Under the pieces are notes generated by a model that worked only from the letters and a program-made list of their open reading frames with translations, did not search any database and was not told the origin of the DNA. A stretch of DNA of 64,000 nt, from assembly GCA_945861645.1 (NCBI GenBank), contig CAMAVZ010000006.1, positions 9,758 through 73,757 on the forward strand. The letters run 5' to 3'. This DNA is from Opitutus sp. GAS368. Lineage in GTDB: Bacteria > Verrucomicrobiota > Verrucomicrobiia > Opitutales > Opitutaceae. This document shows, piece by piece, positions 48,197 to 57,920 of this stretch (positions are counted from its first letter, which is position 1; each line of letters begins with the position of its first letter). Both the position numbers and the translations under genes were made by a program.

Positions 48197-49725
48197 CTCC
48201 TGCTGTCCGGCTGCGCCTTACCGGCCTCCAGAAAAGCTTCGGCGCCACGCGCGCTCTCCGCAGCGTTTCACTCGCGATTGCCCCCGGCGAAGTCCACGCC
48301 CTGATCGGGGAAAATGGGGCGGGCAAAAGCACCTTAATGAAAATTCTCAGCGGCGCTCATGCCGCTGATGCCGGCACGATGGAGCTGAGCGGTCAGTCTT
48401 ATCAGCCTGAAAACCCCCACGATGCCCGCCTCAAGGGCGTCGCGATGATCTATCAAGAGCTCAATCTCGCGCTCCACCTCACCGCGCAGGAAAATATTCT
48501 CCTCGGCGCCGAATCCACCCGCTGGGGCTGCGTCGATCAGGCAACTTCCCGCGCCCGCGCTCAAACCGCCCTGGAGCAATTAGGTCATGGCGGCCTCGCG
48601 CTTGATCAGAAAGCGGGAGATTTTTCGATCGCGGAACAACAGATTATCGAAATCGCCCGGGCGCTGCTGCTGCAACCGCAAGTCCTTATCATGGACGAAC
48701 CGACGAGCAGCCTGACCCGAGCGGACACCGAAAAATTGTTCGCGACCATCAGCCGACTCCGCGCTCAAGGCGTCAGCATTATCTATATTAGTCATTTCCT
48801 CGAAGAGTGCAGCCGCATCGCGGATCGTTACACGGTTTTAAAAGATGGCGAGACCGTCGGCTCCGGCGCGATGAAAGACGCTAGCCTCGATCACCTCGTC
48901 ACCTTAATGACCGGCCGCGAGGTCAAAGATCTTTATCCGCGCACCCCGCATCAGCCGGGCGCCGTCGTACTCGCCGTGAAGACGGCCGTACTGGCACGCT
49001 TTGCCGGAAGAAATATCTCCCCAGGACACGGTGCATCCGCCCAACCTACCTGTAGCTTGCAAGTGCGCGCCGGAGAAATTTTTGGTCTAGCCGGTCTCAT
49101 CGGCGCCGGCCGCACTGATTTACTCCGAGCTATTTTTGGCCTCGAGGCGCTCACCCGCGGGGAGGTCTGTCTGATCGGGACGCCGGCCCATGCCGCCACG
49201 CCCCGCGACCGCTGGCAACAGGGCGTTGGGTTTTTGAGTGAAAATCGTAAAGAGGAAGGCCTGATGCTCAATCAATCCATCGCGGATAACTTAACGTTAA
49301 CCAAAATGAATACCTTCGGCCGCGGCGGCTGGGTTCAGCAAAATCGACAACAACGCGCCGCTCAGCACTGGGTGGATGCTTTACACGTGAAATGCCGCGA
49401 CTCGGGACAAACCATCAGCGAACTTTCCGGCGGCAATCAGCAAAAGGTCGCCCTCGCTCGCTTACTCGAACACCCCGCCCAAATCTTTCTGCTCGATGAG
49501 CCGACCCGGGGAATCGATGTGGGCAGCAAGGCGCAAATTTACCAACTCGTGAGCGAACTCGCGGCTGCCGGCAAAGCGGTGGTGATCGTTAGCTCCTACT
49601 TACCCGAGCTGCTCGGTCTCTGCGATACCATCGGGGTCATGTGCCGCGGCGAACTCACGGCCATCCGCCCCCGCGCCGACTGGAGTGAAACCGACATCAT
49701 GCGCGCGGCCACTGGCAGCACGTAA
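48193..49725 (+). CDS. Sugar ABC transporter ATP-binding protein (RbsA-like)
   Basis: GENGAGKST, MDEPT, LSGGNQQK, LDEPTRGIDVG. Confidence 0.95.
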   Translation: MTPAVRLRLTGLQKSFGATRALRSVSLAIAPGEVHALIGENGAGKSTLMKILSGAHAADAGTMELSGQSYQPENPHDARLKGVAMIYQELNLALHLTAQENILLGAESTRWGCVDQATSRARAQTALEQLGHGGLALDQKAGDFSIAEQQIIEIARALLLQPQVLIMDEPTSSLTRADTEKLFATISRLRAQGVSIIYISHFLEECSRIADRYTVLKDGETVGSGAMKDASLDHLVTLMTGREVKDLYPRTPHQPGAVVLAVKTAVLARFAGRNISPGHGASAQPTCSLQVRAGEIFGLAGLIGAGRTDLLRAIFGLEALTRGEVCLIGTPAHAATPRDRWQQGVGFLSENRKEEGLMLNQSIADNLTLTKMNTFGRGGWVQQNRQQRAAQHWVDALHVKCRDSGQTISELSGGNQQKVALARLLEHPAQIFLLDEPTRGIDVGSKAQIYQLVSELAAAGKAVVIVSSYLPELLGLCDTIGVMCRGELTAIRPRADWSETDIMRAATGST

Positions 49726-49775
49726 TCACTGCTGACTGAAGATACCGATCCCATTCCAGACCTTTTTTAACTGCC

Positions 49776-50738
49776 ATGCACGCCACCTTAAAAACTATCC
49801 TCGCCAAGAGCGGCCCCTTCATCGGGCTCATTCTGGTTATTGCTTTTTTTTCTCTCCCAACGGAAACCCGAGAATATTTTCTGACCTATAATAATTTTAA
49901 GATTATTTTTACCCAAACGGTGATTGTCGCCATTGGGGCGCTCGGCATGACGATGATTATCGTCAGCGGCGGCATCGACCTATCCGTCGGCTCAACGATT
50001 GCTCTCACCAGTGTCGTCGGTGCCTTGCTGATTCAACATGGCTGGGGCCCCGTCTCGGTCCTCTTGGCCGTCATCGCTTCGGGTGGGCTAATCGGTCTAC
50101 TTAACGGGTCAGCTATTGCGGGTCTGCGCATGACCCCCTTTATCATTACGCTCGGCACGCTCGGCGTAGCGCGCGGTTCGGCCAAGTGGTTAGCTGATAA
50201 CCAAACGGTCAATTACGATAGCTCGCCGCTTAATAGTTGGATGACCACCGCCAACCCGTTCAGCCATACTTTGCCCACAGGTGTCTGGGTCGCCCTCATC
50301 CTAGCACTCCTCACTTCTCTCCTGCTTCGGCACACCGTCTTTGGGCGGCATATTTTTGCCCTGGGCTCAAATGAAGCTACCGCTCGTTTGTGCGGCATTG
50401 CGACCAAGCGGCTTAAAATTTCGATTTATGTACTCGCAGGCTGCTTTTTTGGCCTAGCGGGACTATTTCAACTCTCCCGCTTGCGCCAAGGTGACCCGAC
50501 GGTCGCCGTCGGCCTCGAGCTGGATATTATTGCTGCCGTGATCATCGGCGGCGCGAGTCTCAGCGGTGGGGTTGGCACTATCTTAGGTTCTATGATCGGC
50601 GCTCTGATCATGGCCGTGCTTCGCAACGGCTCGCAACAGATGGGTTGGCCCACGTATTTTCAGGAAATTATTATCGGCTTGGTTATCATCGTCGCGGTGT
50701 TCCTCGATCGTTTGCGGCAAGGTCGCGCCGCGGCCTAA
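49776..50738 (+). CDS. Sugar ABC transporter permease (RbsC-like)
   Basis: GGIDLSVGS, PFIITLG, GSNEATARLCG, IAAVIIGGASL. Confidence 0.94.
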   Translation: MHATLKTILAKSGPFIGLILVIAFFSLPTETREYFLTYNNFKIIFTQTVIVAIGALGMTMIIVSGGIDLSVGSTIALTSVVGALLIQHGWGPVSVLLAVIASGGLIGLLNGSAIAGLRMTPFIITLGTLGVARGSAKWLADNQTVNYDSSPLNSWMTTANPFSHTLPTGVWVALILALLTSLLLRHTVFGRHIFALGSNEATARLCGIATKRLKISIYVLAGCFFGLAGLFQLSRLRQGDPTVAVGLELDIIAAVIIGGASLSGGVGTILGSMIGALIMAVLRNGSQQMGWPTYFQEIIIGLVIIVAVFLDRLRQGRAAA

Positions 50739-50795
50739 GCGAGTGACCCGCGCCGGACTCTTGCCCCGTTAAACTTCCGTCGCAATCTAAGCTAC

Positions 50796-51875
50796 ATGGA
50801 CGAAACGCTTGATCCTCTCCGGGTGCGGACGCTGAAAAAACCCAGCTATCCGATTGGGGAGGAACTGCGTCATTATTTAAAAAAATTCCGCCGCGAGCGG
50901 GAATTGCCAGTTACGTACGAACGACTCCGCGACTTTCACGCCTCGGTGCCGCTGCTCGATACAGCCGGTCGTAACACCCTGTGGGAAACGGTGGCCTACC
51001 GCGCGGAAGATATGCCGGCGCTGAACGAGGGCTTGAAACTAATTTATGCCCTGCTCCGCGTGAATGGCGACTTTTCGGTCATGGAGCATCTTTACATCGA
51101 CCGCGTAGATTTTTGCAGCTTTGGCAACTCCACGCCGTTTCGCATCCGGATCGTTAATGCTTACAACGACAATCAGGATTATTTTTATATTAAAAAGGCC
51201 GATGCTTCCCGCGTCTACGGGTTGGAGCTCGAACATCTCCTCTCCCCCAATCGGCTCAATTTTCTGACTCACCAATGCACGCTAGTGGAAGAGCACGTGG
51301 CGGGCATCCCAGCCGATACCTTTAGCGAGCGCTGGCTCGACCGCCCGGAATTAAAACCTATCCGCATTGCTAAAGAACTCGTGAAATTCAACGAGCGCTG
51401 CTTCATCCGCCTCTTAGGTGATATGCGCAGCTATAATTACGTCGTGGTGATCACGCCCGATTTCGAGGATTCGCAGATTCGTATCCGCGCGATGGATTTT
51501 GACCAACAAAGTTACAGTGGGAAAAAGAATTTTTACCTGCCGCAGTTTTTTAAAGAAAACGCAACCCTAGTTCGTTTCTGCGATAAACATATTCACCGCC
51601 AAACCGCCTTACAGTATCAGCGCGAAGAACAGTCGCTCATGTTACATCGGGCCGAACTCGCCACGGGTCGGCTCAACCCGCTGCTCGCGGTGATGGCGCA
51701 TGATCCCATCGCCCCGCTTGAACACATCCAAACCCTGCGGGCCGGACTCGCGGAGCATTTCCAGTCAGACAGCTATCTCCGCTGCGAATCCATGGGCGCC
51801 CTCGTCCAAGAAAATCTCGCTTCGCTCCGCCGCACCATCGGCTCAGGCGACGATCGCTCGCCCCGCTTTAAATAA
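50796..51875 (+). CDS. Conserved hypothetical protein, possible atypical kinase fold
   Basis: FYIKK, GLELEHLL, LLGDMRSYN, AMDFD motifs. Confidence 0.75.
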   Translation: MDETLDPLRVRTLKKPSYPIGEELRHYLKKFRRERELPVTYERLRDFHASVPLLDTAGRNTLWETVAYRAEDMPALNEGLKLIYALLRVNGDFSVMEHLYIDRVDFCSFGNSTPFRIRIVNAYNDNQDYFYIKKADASRVYGLELEHLLSPNRLNFLTHQCTLVEEHVAGIPADTFSERWLDRPELKPIRIAKELVKFNERCFIRLLGDMRSYNYVVVITPDFEDSQIRIRAMDFDQQSYSGKKNFYLPQFFKENATLVRFCDKHIHRQTALQYQREEQSLMLHRAELATGRLNPLLAVMAHDPIAPLEHIQTLRAGLAEHFQSDSYLRCESMGALVQENLASLRRTIGSGDDRSPRFK

Positions 51876-51913
51876 AGCCCTCGCTTAAAACGTGGCGGTT
51901 GTACCCTGCGGAA

Positions 51914-52324
51914 TTAAGGTCTTATCGTGGGCAGTACGCCCCCTGAAGGCCAAGCGGCAGCGGCTAGCCAAAGATTGAGCCCCAAGAAAATTAACGCGGG
52001 CAGCGTTGCCATCAACGAGTCGCGAATTCGCCAACGCACGAGCACCGCAAAAAACATCATCCCGCTAAGTCCGGCCGCGGCCGCAAATAAAAGCACTGGA
52101 TAGAAATAGCCCGCGCTAAGACCAAGGCTGGCGAGCAGTTGCAGCGCGCCGGTCACACGGCGCCAACGCGCCATGCCGTAACGCTCAAATTCTAAGACCA
52201 TCCGACTCGATCGCCAGCAGCTGAGCCCGTACCAGCCGAAGGAGATAATAGAAATTCCTTGGGCGAGGTTAATTAAAAAATGCACTTTGCTTTTTAGGTC
52301 AGGCGGTTGCTCACTATGTCCCAT
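51914..52324 (-). CDS. DoxX-like membrane protein
   Basis: MVLEFERYG..RRVTGALQLL, RWRIRD; start may lie further downstream. Confidence 0.75.
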   Translation of the reverse strand: MGHSEQPPDLKSKVHFLINLAQGISIISFGWYGLSCWRSSRMVLEFERYGMARWRRVTGALQLLASLGLSAGYFYPVLLFAAAAGLSGMMFFAVLVRWRIRDSLMATLPALIFLGLNLWLAAAAWPSGGVLPTIRP

Positions 52325-52347
52325 GGGTAAATTCTAATCTTCGCCAA

Positions 52348-52719
52348 ATGCAAACTATCACCTCTATTCTCCAAGTTGTCATCGCGCTCGGCTTATTTAA
52401 CGTCTGGCTCTTGCGCTTCTCCCGGTCGACTCCGTACCGCGGTGGCGCCGCCGGGACGATGCCCGAAGAGTTTTTGGCGTACGGCCTCCCGAGGTGGTCC
52501 ACCTATTTGGTCGGATTCTTAAAACTTGGCGCCGGCCTAGCCCTGATCATCGGACTATGGCATCCCCACTGGGTGCTGCCCGCCGCGCTCTTGATCGCCG
52601 GCCTCATGGTGGGAGCAATTTTTATGCATTTCAAAATCCGCGATCCGCTTAAAAAGAATTTACCCGCCTTGGTGATGCTCATTCTAAGCGTCAGCCTGTC
52701 TTGGCTAACCGCGACTTGA
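52348..52719 (+). CDS. DoxX-like membrane protein
   Basis: NVWLLR..YRGG.A.TM.EEF.AYGLP, MVGAIFMHFKIRDP. Confidence 0.82.
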   Translation: MQTITSILQVVIALGLFNVWLLRFSRSTPYRGGAAGTMPEEFLAYGLPRWSTYLVGFLKLGAGLALIIGLWHPHWVLPAALLIAGLMVGAIFMHFKIRDPLKKNLPALVMLILSVSLSWLTAT

Positions 52720-52781
52720 TGCCCAACGCCGGCGGCAGCCGGCCAAGCGCCCCAAAGGCAGCATAGCCGACCGCCCACCTT

Positions 52782-54071
52782 TCACTGCGTGGCCGCAGCG
52801 AGGGCTTGGTCGAGGTCGGCGATGATATCGGCGATATTTTCCAGCCCGATACTCAGGCGCACGAGGTCGGCGGTTATCCCGCCGGCAATTTGGGCCGACT
52901 CGCTGAGCTGACTGTGCGTCGTGGTCGCGCTATGAATCGCGAGACTGCGCGCATCACCGACATTAGCCACGTGCGAAAAAAGTTTGAGGTAATCGATAAA
53001 TTTCTGGCCGGCTGACTTCCCGCCCTTGATGCCGAATACCACCATGCCGCCCCCTTTCCCCGCGAGGTAACGCTGATTTTTGGCGTACTCGGGATCATTT
53101 TTTAATCCGGGATAGCGCACCCAGGTAACCCCAGCGTGTGACTGCAAATGCCGCGCAACCGCGAGTGAATTACTGCAATGACGCTCCATGCGCAGCGGCA
53201 AAGTCTCAATCCCCTGCAGGAAGAGCCACGCGTTATCGGGCGCTATACATGCCCCCAGATTACGCAGCGGCACCGTCCGCATCCGCAGAATATAAGCGAG
53301 CGGGGCTAAACCCGCGGGAAGATCGTGACCCCAGCGCAAACCATGATAGGAGGCGTCCGGTTGATCAAAGAGCGGATGTTTACCTCCCGCCCAGTTAAAT
53401 TTTCCGCTGTCCACCACCACGCCGCCGAGGCCCGTGCCGTGACCGCCAAACCACTTAGTCAACGAATGCACCACGATATCAGCGCCATGCTCCAGCGGTC
53501 GTGTCAGATAGGGCGTGCTGAATGTGCTATCGACGATGAGCGGGAGGCCGTGCGCGTGGGCGATATCGGCCACCGCTTTTAAATCCGTCACTTCCAACGC
53601 CGGATTGCTGACCGTCTCGCAAAAGAGGGCGCGAGTTTTGCCATCGATGGCTTTAGCATAATTGGCCGGATCGTTTGAATCCACAAACCGCACCGTAATA
53701 CCTAAGGCGGGTAAAATATTAGCGAATTGCGTGTATGTGCCGCCGTAAAGATTGCGCGCCGATACAATATTATCTCCGGCCTGCGCCAAATTGATGATCG
53801 CGTAGAATACCGCGCTCGTTCCAGAAGCCAGCCCAAGACCCGCCATCGGATGAGCCCCCTCTAACAAGCAGACGCGCTTCTCGAGCACATCGGTCGTTGG
53901 GTTCATCAAACGCGTGTAAATATTCCCCAGCTCCTTTAACGCGAAAAGGTTGGCGGCGTGTTCGGTGTTTTTGAAAACAAACGCCGTGGTCCGATAAATC
54001 GGCACCGCACAAGCCCCCGTAGTCGGATCAGCGACTTGACCACCATGCAGACAAAGGGTTTCGAATTTCAT
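52782..54071 (-). CDS. metY: O-acetylhomoserine aminocarboxypropyltransferase / cysteine synthase
   Basis: IYTRLMNPT, HSLTKW PLP lysine, ANVGDARSL, TTHSQL. Confidence 0.94.
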   Translation of the reverse strand: MKFETLCLHGGQVADPTTGACAVPIYRTTAFVFKNTEHAANLFALKELGNIYTRLMNPTTDVLEKRVCLLEGAHPMAGLGLASGTSAVFYAIINLAQAGDNIVSARNLYGGTYTQFANILPALGITVRFVDSNDPANYAKAIDGKTRALFCETVSNPALEVTDLKAVADIAHAHGLPLIVDSTFSTPYLTRPLEHGADIVVHSLTKWFGGHGTGLGGVVVDSGKFNWAGGKHPLFDQPDASYHGLRWGHDLPAGLAPLAYILRMRTVPLRNLGACIAPDNAWLFLQGIETLPLRMERHCSNSLAVARHLQSHAGVTWVRYPGLKNDPEYAKNQRYLAGKGGGMVVFGIKGGKSAGQKFIDYLKLFSHVANVGDARSLAIHSATTTHSQLSESAQIAGGITADLVRLSIGLENIADIIADLDQALAAATQ

Positions 54072-54371
54072 GAGGAGCGCGGAGTTGGATTTTTTGCCGA
54101 AAAAGATCGATAAAGTAGTCTCAGAGCCCGGCGGGCAAAACTCTCTAGCGATTCTTACTATATATCTTTACTCATGATAACATTAAATCAAATCAATAAT
54201 ATTTTGTCCTTGATAATGCCAATAGGTAATATGCAAAATGCTTATTGATAGCATTTTAAAATTTATTAACGGGAAGCTATTTTACGTCATAGGACCAAGG
54301 CGCCCCCACGCACTAGCATTAATTAGCCCCGATTAATTGAATAGCCGACGCCCGCATAAGCCTTTGGGGCG

Positions 54372-54818
54372 CTATTCAATCCGGCCCTCGTCGAACTCCA
54401 TCAGATCGACGACGCTGGTAATCTGGTCCACGCGATCAGCACAACCCATATTGGTGAGCGCTTCCTTGAGAAATTCCCGGCCACTGGGCGTCATGCCTTT
54501 TTGCACGTAATTACGGTTCCATTTAGCGACGCGGAGATCGCCTGGTAGCAGTTCTTTTAACTGCGCCTCTATTTCAGCCTCCGTCGTTGAGGTTAGAACA
54601 ATTTTTTCCACGGCGGCCGGATCGATCCCCAAATGCAGGCAGAGGAAACGGTCCATCCCCCGTTTAAAATTTTTCGCATAACTCGCCGGCAGAGCGCCAT
54701 GCTCCTTGATATACTTACACTTGGCGAGAAAGCGGGGCAAATGCAGGAGCCCAGTCGCCGCATGCGGCTGATAAGCCGACGGCAAACTACGCAACACTTC
54801 GCCGGAAGAGCCAGGCAT
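54372..54818 (-). CDS. DUF5069 domain protein
   Basis: GLLHLPRFLAK..G.LP..Y..GMD..L..L, DLMEFDEGRI; ATG 54818 preferred. Confidence 0.75.
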   Translation of the reverse strand: MPGSSGEVLRSLPSAYQPHAATGLLHLPRFLAKCKYIKEHGALPASYAKNFKRGMDRFLCLHLGIDPAAVEKIVLTSTTEAEIEAQLKELLPGDLRVAKWNRNYVQKGMTPSGREFLKEALTNMGCADRVDQITSVVDLMEFDEGRIE

Positions 54819-54935
54819 GGGTTGGGCTAACATCGCGACCACAATCGAATGCAGGGAAGCCTCCATGGCAAGCCGCGCCTCACGCGCGGAGCCCAGACTT
54901 GCTCGTTAACTAAATAAAGTAAAAGTGGCCGCAGC

Positions 54936-56171
54936 ATGCAAAAGCTCTCTTTCGATAAACGGCGCATTAAATTTCTTTTTTTAGAAGGCGTCCACGCTCA
55001 GGCCACGACCGCGCTGGCCCAAGCGGGTTACACCGCCGTCCGTAACCTGCCCAAATCGCTGACCGACGATGCGCTCAAAGCCGCCCTCAAGGACGTGCAC
55101 TTTCTCGGCATCCGTTCGCGGACCGAATTAACAGATGAAATTCTCGCCGCCGCACCTAAACTTACCGCGATTGGCTGTTTTTGCATCGGTACAAATCAAG
55201 TCGATCTCGCCGCTGCCGCCAAACGCGGCATCCCCGTCTTCAACGCCCCTTACTCTAATACCCGCAGCGTCGCCGAATTAGTGCTCGGGGAGATCATCAT
55301 GCTCCTGCGCGGCATTCCGGAAAAAAATGCCCTGGTCCATCGCGGCGGTTGGACCAAGAGCGCCGCAGGCAGCGTGGAAGTGCGGGGCAAGACACTCGGG
55401 ATTGTCGGCTACGGCCACATCGGCACCCAACTGGGAGTGCTCGCCGAACATCTCGGGATGCGGGTGCTGTATTATGATATTGTGGGTAAACTCCCTCTGG
55501 GAAACGCCCGCCCGGTCCCAAAACTCGCCCGCCTGCTGGCGGAAAGCGATATCGTCTCGCTGCACGTGCCGGAAACGGCCGCCACTAAAAATCTCATCGG
55601 CCGCGCTCAGCTTGCCCTGATGAAAAAAGGGTCCCACCTGATCAACGCGGCCCGCGGAACCATCGTAGATATTCCGGCACTCGCTGCAGCCTTGGAGAAT
55701 GATCAGCTCGCCGGCGCCGCCCTCGATGTTTTTCCGGTCGAGCCAACGGGTAATGACGAGGAGTTCCTGTCCCCACTACGAAAATTTGATAACGTAATTC
55801 TCACCCCGCATATTGGTGGTTCCACCATCGAAGCGCAGGCTAACATCGGCACGGAAGTAGCAGAAAAAATAATCCGCTATTCAGACAACGGGTCCACGAT
55901 GACGGCGGTTAATTTTCCAGAGGTTAATCTGCCCGAACATGCGGGCACCGGTAAAACCCGCCTACTACATATCCACCGGAATATTCCTGGGGTGCTGGCG
56001 CACATCAACGAGCGCTTCAGTCGGCATAAAGTAAATATCTCCGGCCAATATCTGCAAACAACCGAGCATATTGGTTACTGTGTGATGGATGTGGACACCG
56101 CCGCCGGCAAAATCGCGATTGATGAGCTGCAAAGTGTTCCCGGCACCCTGCGCGCGCGGATTCTTTATTAA
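54936..56171 (+). CDS. serA: D-3-phosphoglycerate dehydrogenase
   Basis: GIRSRT, CFCIGTNQVD, GYGHIG, TPHIGGST, C-terminal ACT domain. Confidence 0.96.
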   Translation: MQKLSFDKRRIKFLFLEGVHAQATTALAQAGYTAVRNLPKSLTDDALKAALKDVHFLGIRSRTELTDEILAAAPKLTAIGCFCIGTNQVDLAAAAKRGIPVFNAPYSNTRSVAELVLGEIIMLLRGIPEKNALVHRGGWTKSAAGSVEVRGKTLGIVGYGHIGTQLGVLAEHLGMRVLYYDIVGKLPLGNARPVPKLARLLAESDIVSLHVPETAATKNLIGRAQLALMKKGSHLINAARGTIVDIPALAAALENDQLAGAALDVFPVEPTGNDEEFLSPLRKFDNVILTPHIGGSTIEAQANIGTEVAEKIIRYSDNGSTMTAVNFPEVNLPEHAGTGKTRLLHIHRNIPGVLAHINERFSRHKVNISGQYLQTTEHIGYCVMDVDTAAGKIAIDELQSVPGTLRARILY

Positions 56172-56191
56172 GCAAGCCGACCCCCCAAAGC

Positions 56192-56219
56192 AAAACGCCG
56201 GACTCCCATGAGTCCGGCG
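56192..56219 (-). terminator. Hairpin terminator between convergent serA and glutaredoxin genes
   Basis: AAAA-CGCCGGACTC-CCAT-GAGTCCGGCG. Confidence 0.75.
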
Positions 56220-56243
56220 CCGGCTTAAGGCAAAATCAGGGTC

Positions 56244-56579
56244 TTAGAAGAAGCGCACGGGCTTAGCGGCCATGCGCTCATGCTCTTCGGGTGAGCAACC
56301 GGCATTGGTGGGAACGGTTAAGGGCGCCCCCCCGGCGTTCACCAAATTGTTGGCTAGCATATAATTTTCAACTTCCTCCCCAGAAATATCCGCGAGCATC
56401 ACCCCATCAATCTCGACACAGGGCGATAGCGGTTGGCCAGACTTACGCACCATTTCCTCGTAATTGGCCCGCTGGTTAATAATGTCGATATCCTCAAAGG
56501 CCAGCTGGTGTTTGGCCATAATAGCGCGAATGCCGTTGGACCAGCCGCATTGAGGTTTGAGATAGGCTTTGATTTTCAT
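56244..56579 (-). CDS. Monothiol glutaredoxin-like protein
   Basis: KPQCGWS active site, SGQPLSPCVEIDG; ATG 56579. Confidence 0.8.
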   Translation of the reverse strand: MKIKAYLKPQCGWSNGIRAIMAKHQLAFEDIDIINQRANYEEMVRKSGQPLSPCVEIDGVMLADISGEEVENYMLANNLVNAGGAPLTVPTNAGCSPEEHERMAAKPVRFF

Positions 56580-56657
56580 AAGGTCGTCGAGATGTTGAGA
56601 CAGCACAACTTATGCGTCAGCCGTGCTACTTCAACTTAAACTTTCTTCCTTTCGCTC

Positions 56658-57671
56658 GTGTCACCCGCCTTCCCTCTTCTCGCTCCCGCGCAAGCTTCCG
56701 AATTTGCGCAGCTTGGTCTCCGGAATATTTGCCGTGAATACCCCCACCTTCTCCAGCACGTCCTAAATGGACCTGAAGATGTGCGGGCGCCCCGCGCGCT
56801 CCATCCTGCATTTTACGGCAGCTATGACTGGCACTCTTGTGTGCACCAACACTGCATGCTGGCCCGCCTCGCGCGCCTTTTCCCCCAGCTCCCGGAACGG
56901 GCAGAAATTGACCGAGTCCTGCACGCACACCTGACCGCCGAGAATCTAGCGGTGGAGACCGCCTATTTTCGTTCCCCGGGCCGAGGATTTTTCGAGCGAC
57001 CCTATGGCTGGGCTTGGTTATTAAAATTAGCCGAGGAATTATTCCATTATGATCCCAAGCTTGCGCAAAACCTCGCGCCGCTCGTCGCGGTTATGCGTGA
57101 GGGGCTACTCACCTACCTGAATTCCCTCACCCACCCCGTCCGACACGGTGTGCACAACAACACGGCCTTCGCGGTTAAACTCACCATCGACTACACGCGC
57201 GCGGCGGACGATCAAGAGCTCAAACTTTTTTGCACGAGCCGCATGGCCTATTGGTTTGGTCATGATGCCAACTACTCCGCCCAATGGGAACCCTCCGGCG
57301 AAGACTTTCTCTCTCCCGCGCTCACCGAAGCAGAAGTGATGGCTTCGGTGCTGCCCCCAGAAAATTTTAGCCGCTGGCTTGGGCGCTTTTTGCCCAATCT
57401 CCACACGGGAGAACCGGTCCGTCTATTTACCCCCGTCCGCGTGAGCAATCCAAACGATCCGAAAATTGCTCACCTCATCGGTCTTAATTTAAATCGCGCC
57501 TGGTGCTGGCGCCGCATCGCCCTGGCCTTACCTGAATCTGATCCCCGCCAAAATCGCGCGCGCGAAGCCGCTAGTCGCCATTTGGAAGCAGCCATTCCCT
57601 TACTCAGCCCGGAGGATTTCAACCGCGCCCACTGGTTGGCTTCCTTTGCGGTTTATGCCCTGACGGAATAA
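56658..57671 (+). CDS. DUF2891 family protein
   Basis: REYP, LHPAFYGSYDWHSCVH, FERPYGWAW, EPSGEDFLSP, HLIGLNLNR, HWLASFA. Confidence 0.85.
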   Translation: MSPAFPLLAPAQASEFAQLGLRNICREYPHLLQHVLNGPEDVRAPRALHPAFYGSYDWHSCVHQHCMLARLARLFPQLPERAEIDRVLHAHLTAENLAVETAYFRSPGRGFFERPYGWAWLLKLAEELFHYDPKLAQNLAPLVAVMREGLLTYLNSLTHPVRHGVHNNTAFAVKLTIDYTRAADDQELKLFCTSRMAYWFGHDANYSAQWEPSGEDFLSPALTEAEVMASVLPPENFSRWLGRFLPNLHTGEPVRLFTPVRVSNPNDPKIAHLIGLNLNRAWCWRRIALALPESDPRQNRAREAASRHLEAAIPLLSPEDFNRAHWLASFAVYALTE

Positions 57672-57920
57672 TTTTCGGCTAGCGCGCTAGGCGGCCCTGC
57701 CACCATCCGGCGCAGGGCGAAAAACTCCCTTGGAATTACGCGGTCAGCCTATTTTTCATGGCCCTAGCCGCTGACCTTGCTTGCGCGTTCAATAAACCAG
57801 CCGCTACCGCCATTTGAAGCACCTCAGGCCTAATTTTAGGCCTTTTCTCACTCACTCCACGCTTGCCGAATTACGCTAGGCGCACACCGTGAAAATAACT
57901 TTTAAACCATAACCTCTCCC

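Noticed and set aside
54072-54370. SAM riboswitch upstream of metY
   Set aside because: No SAM-I/II core motifs recognisable on the minus strand
57672-57920. LexA box upstream of recA
   Set aside because: No TGTTC-N4-GAACA or CTGT-N8-ACAG match seen
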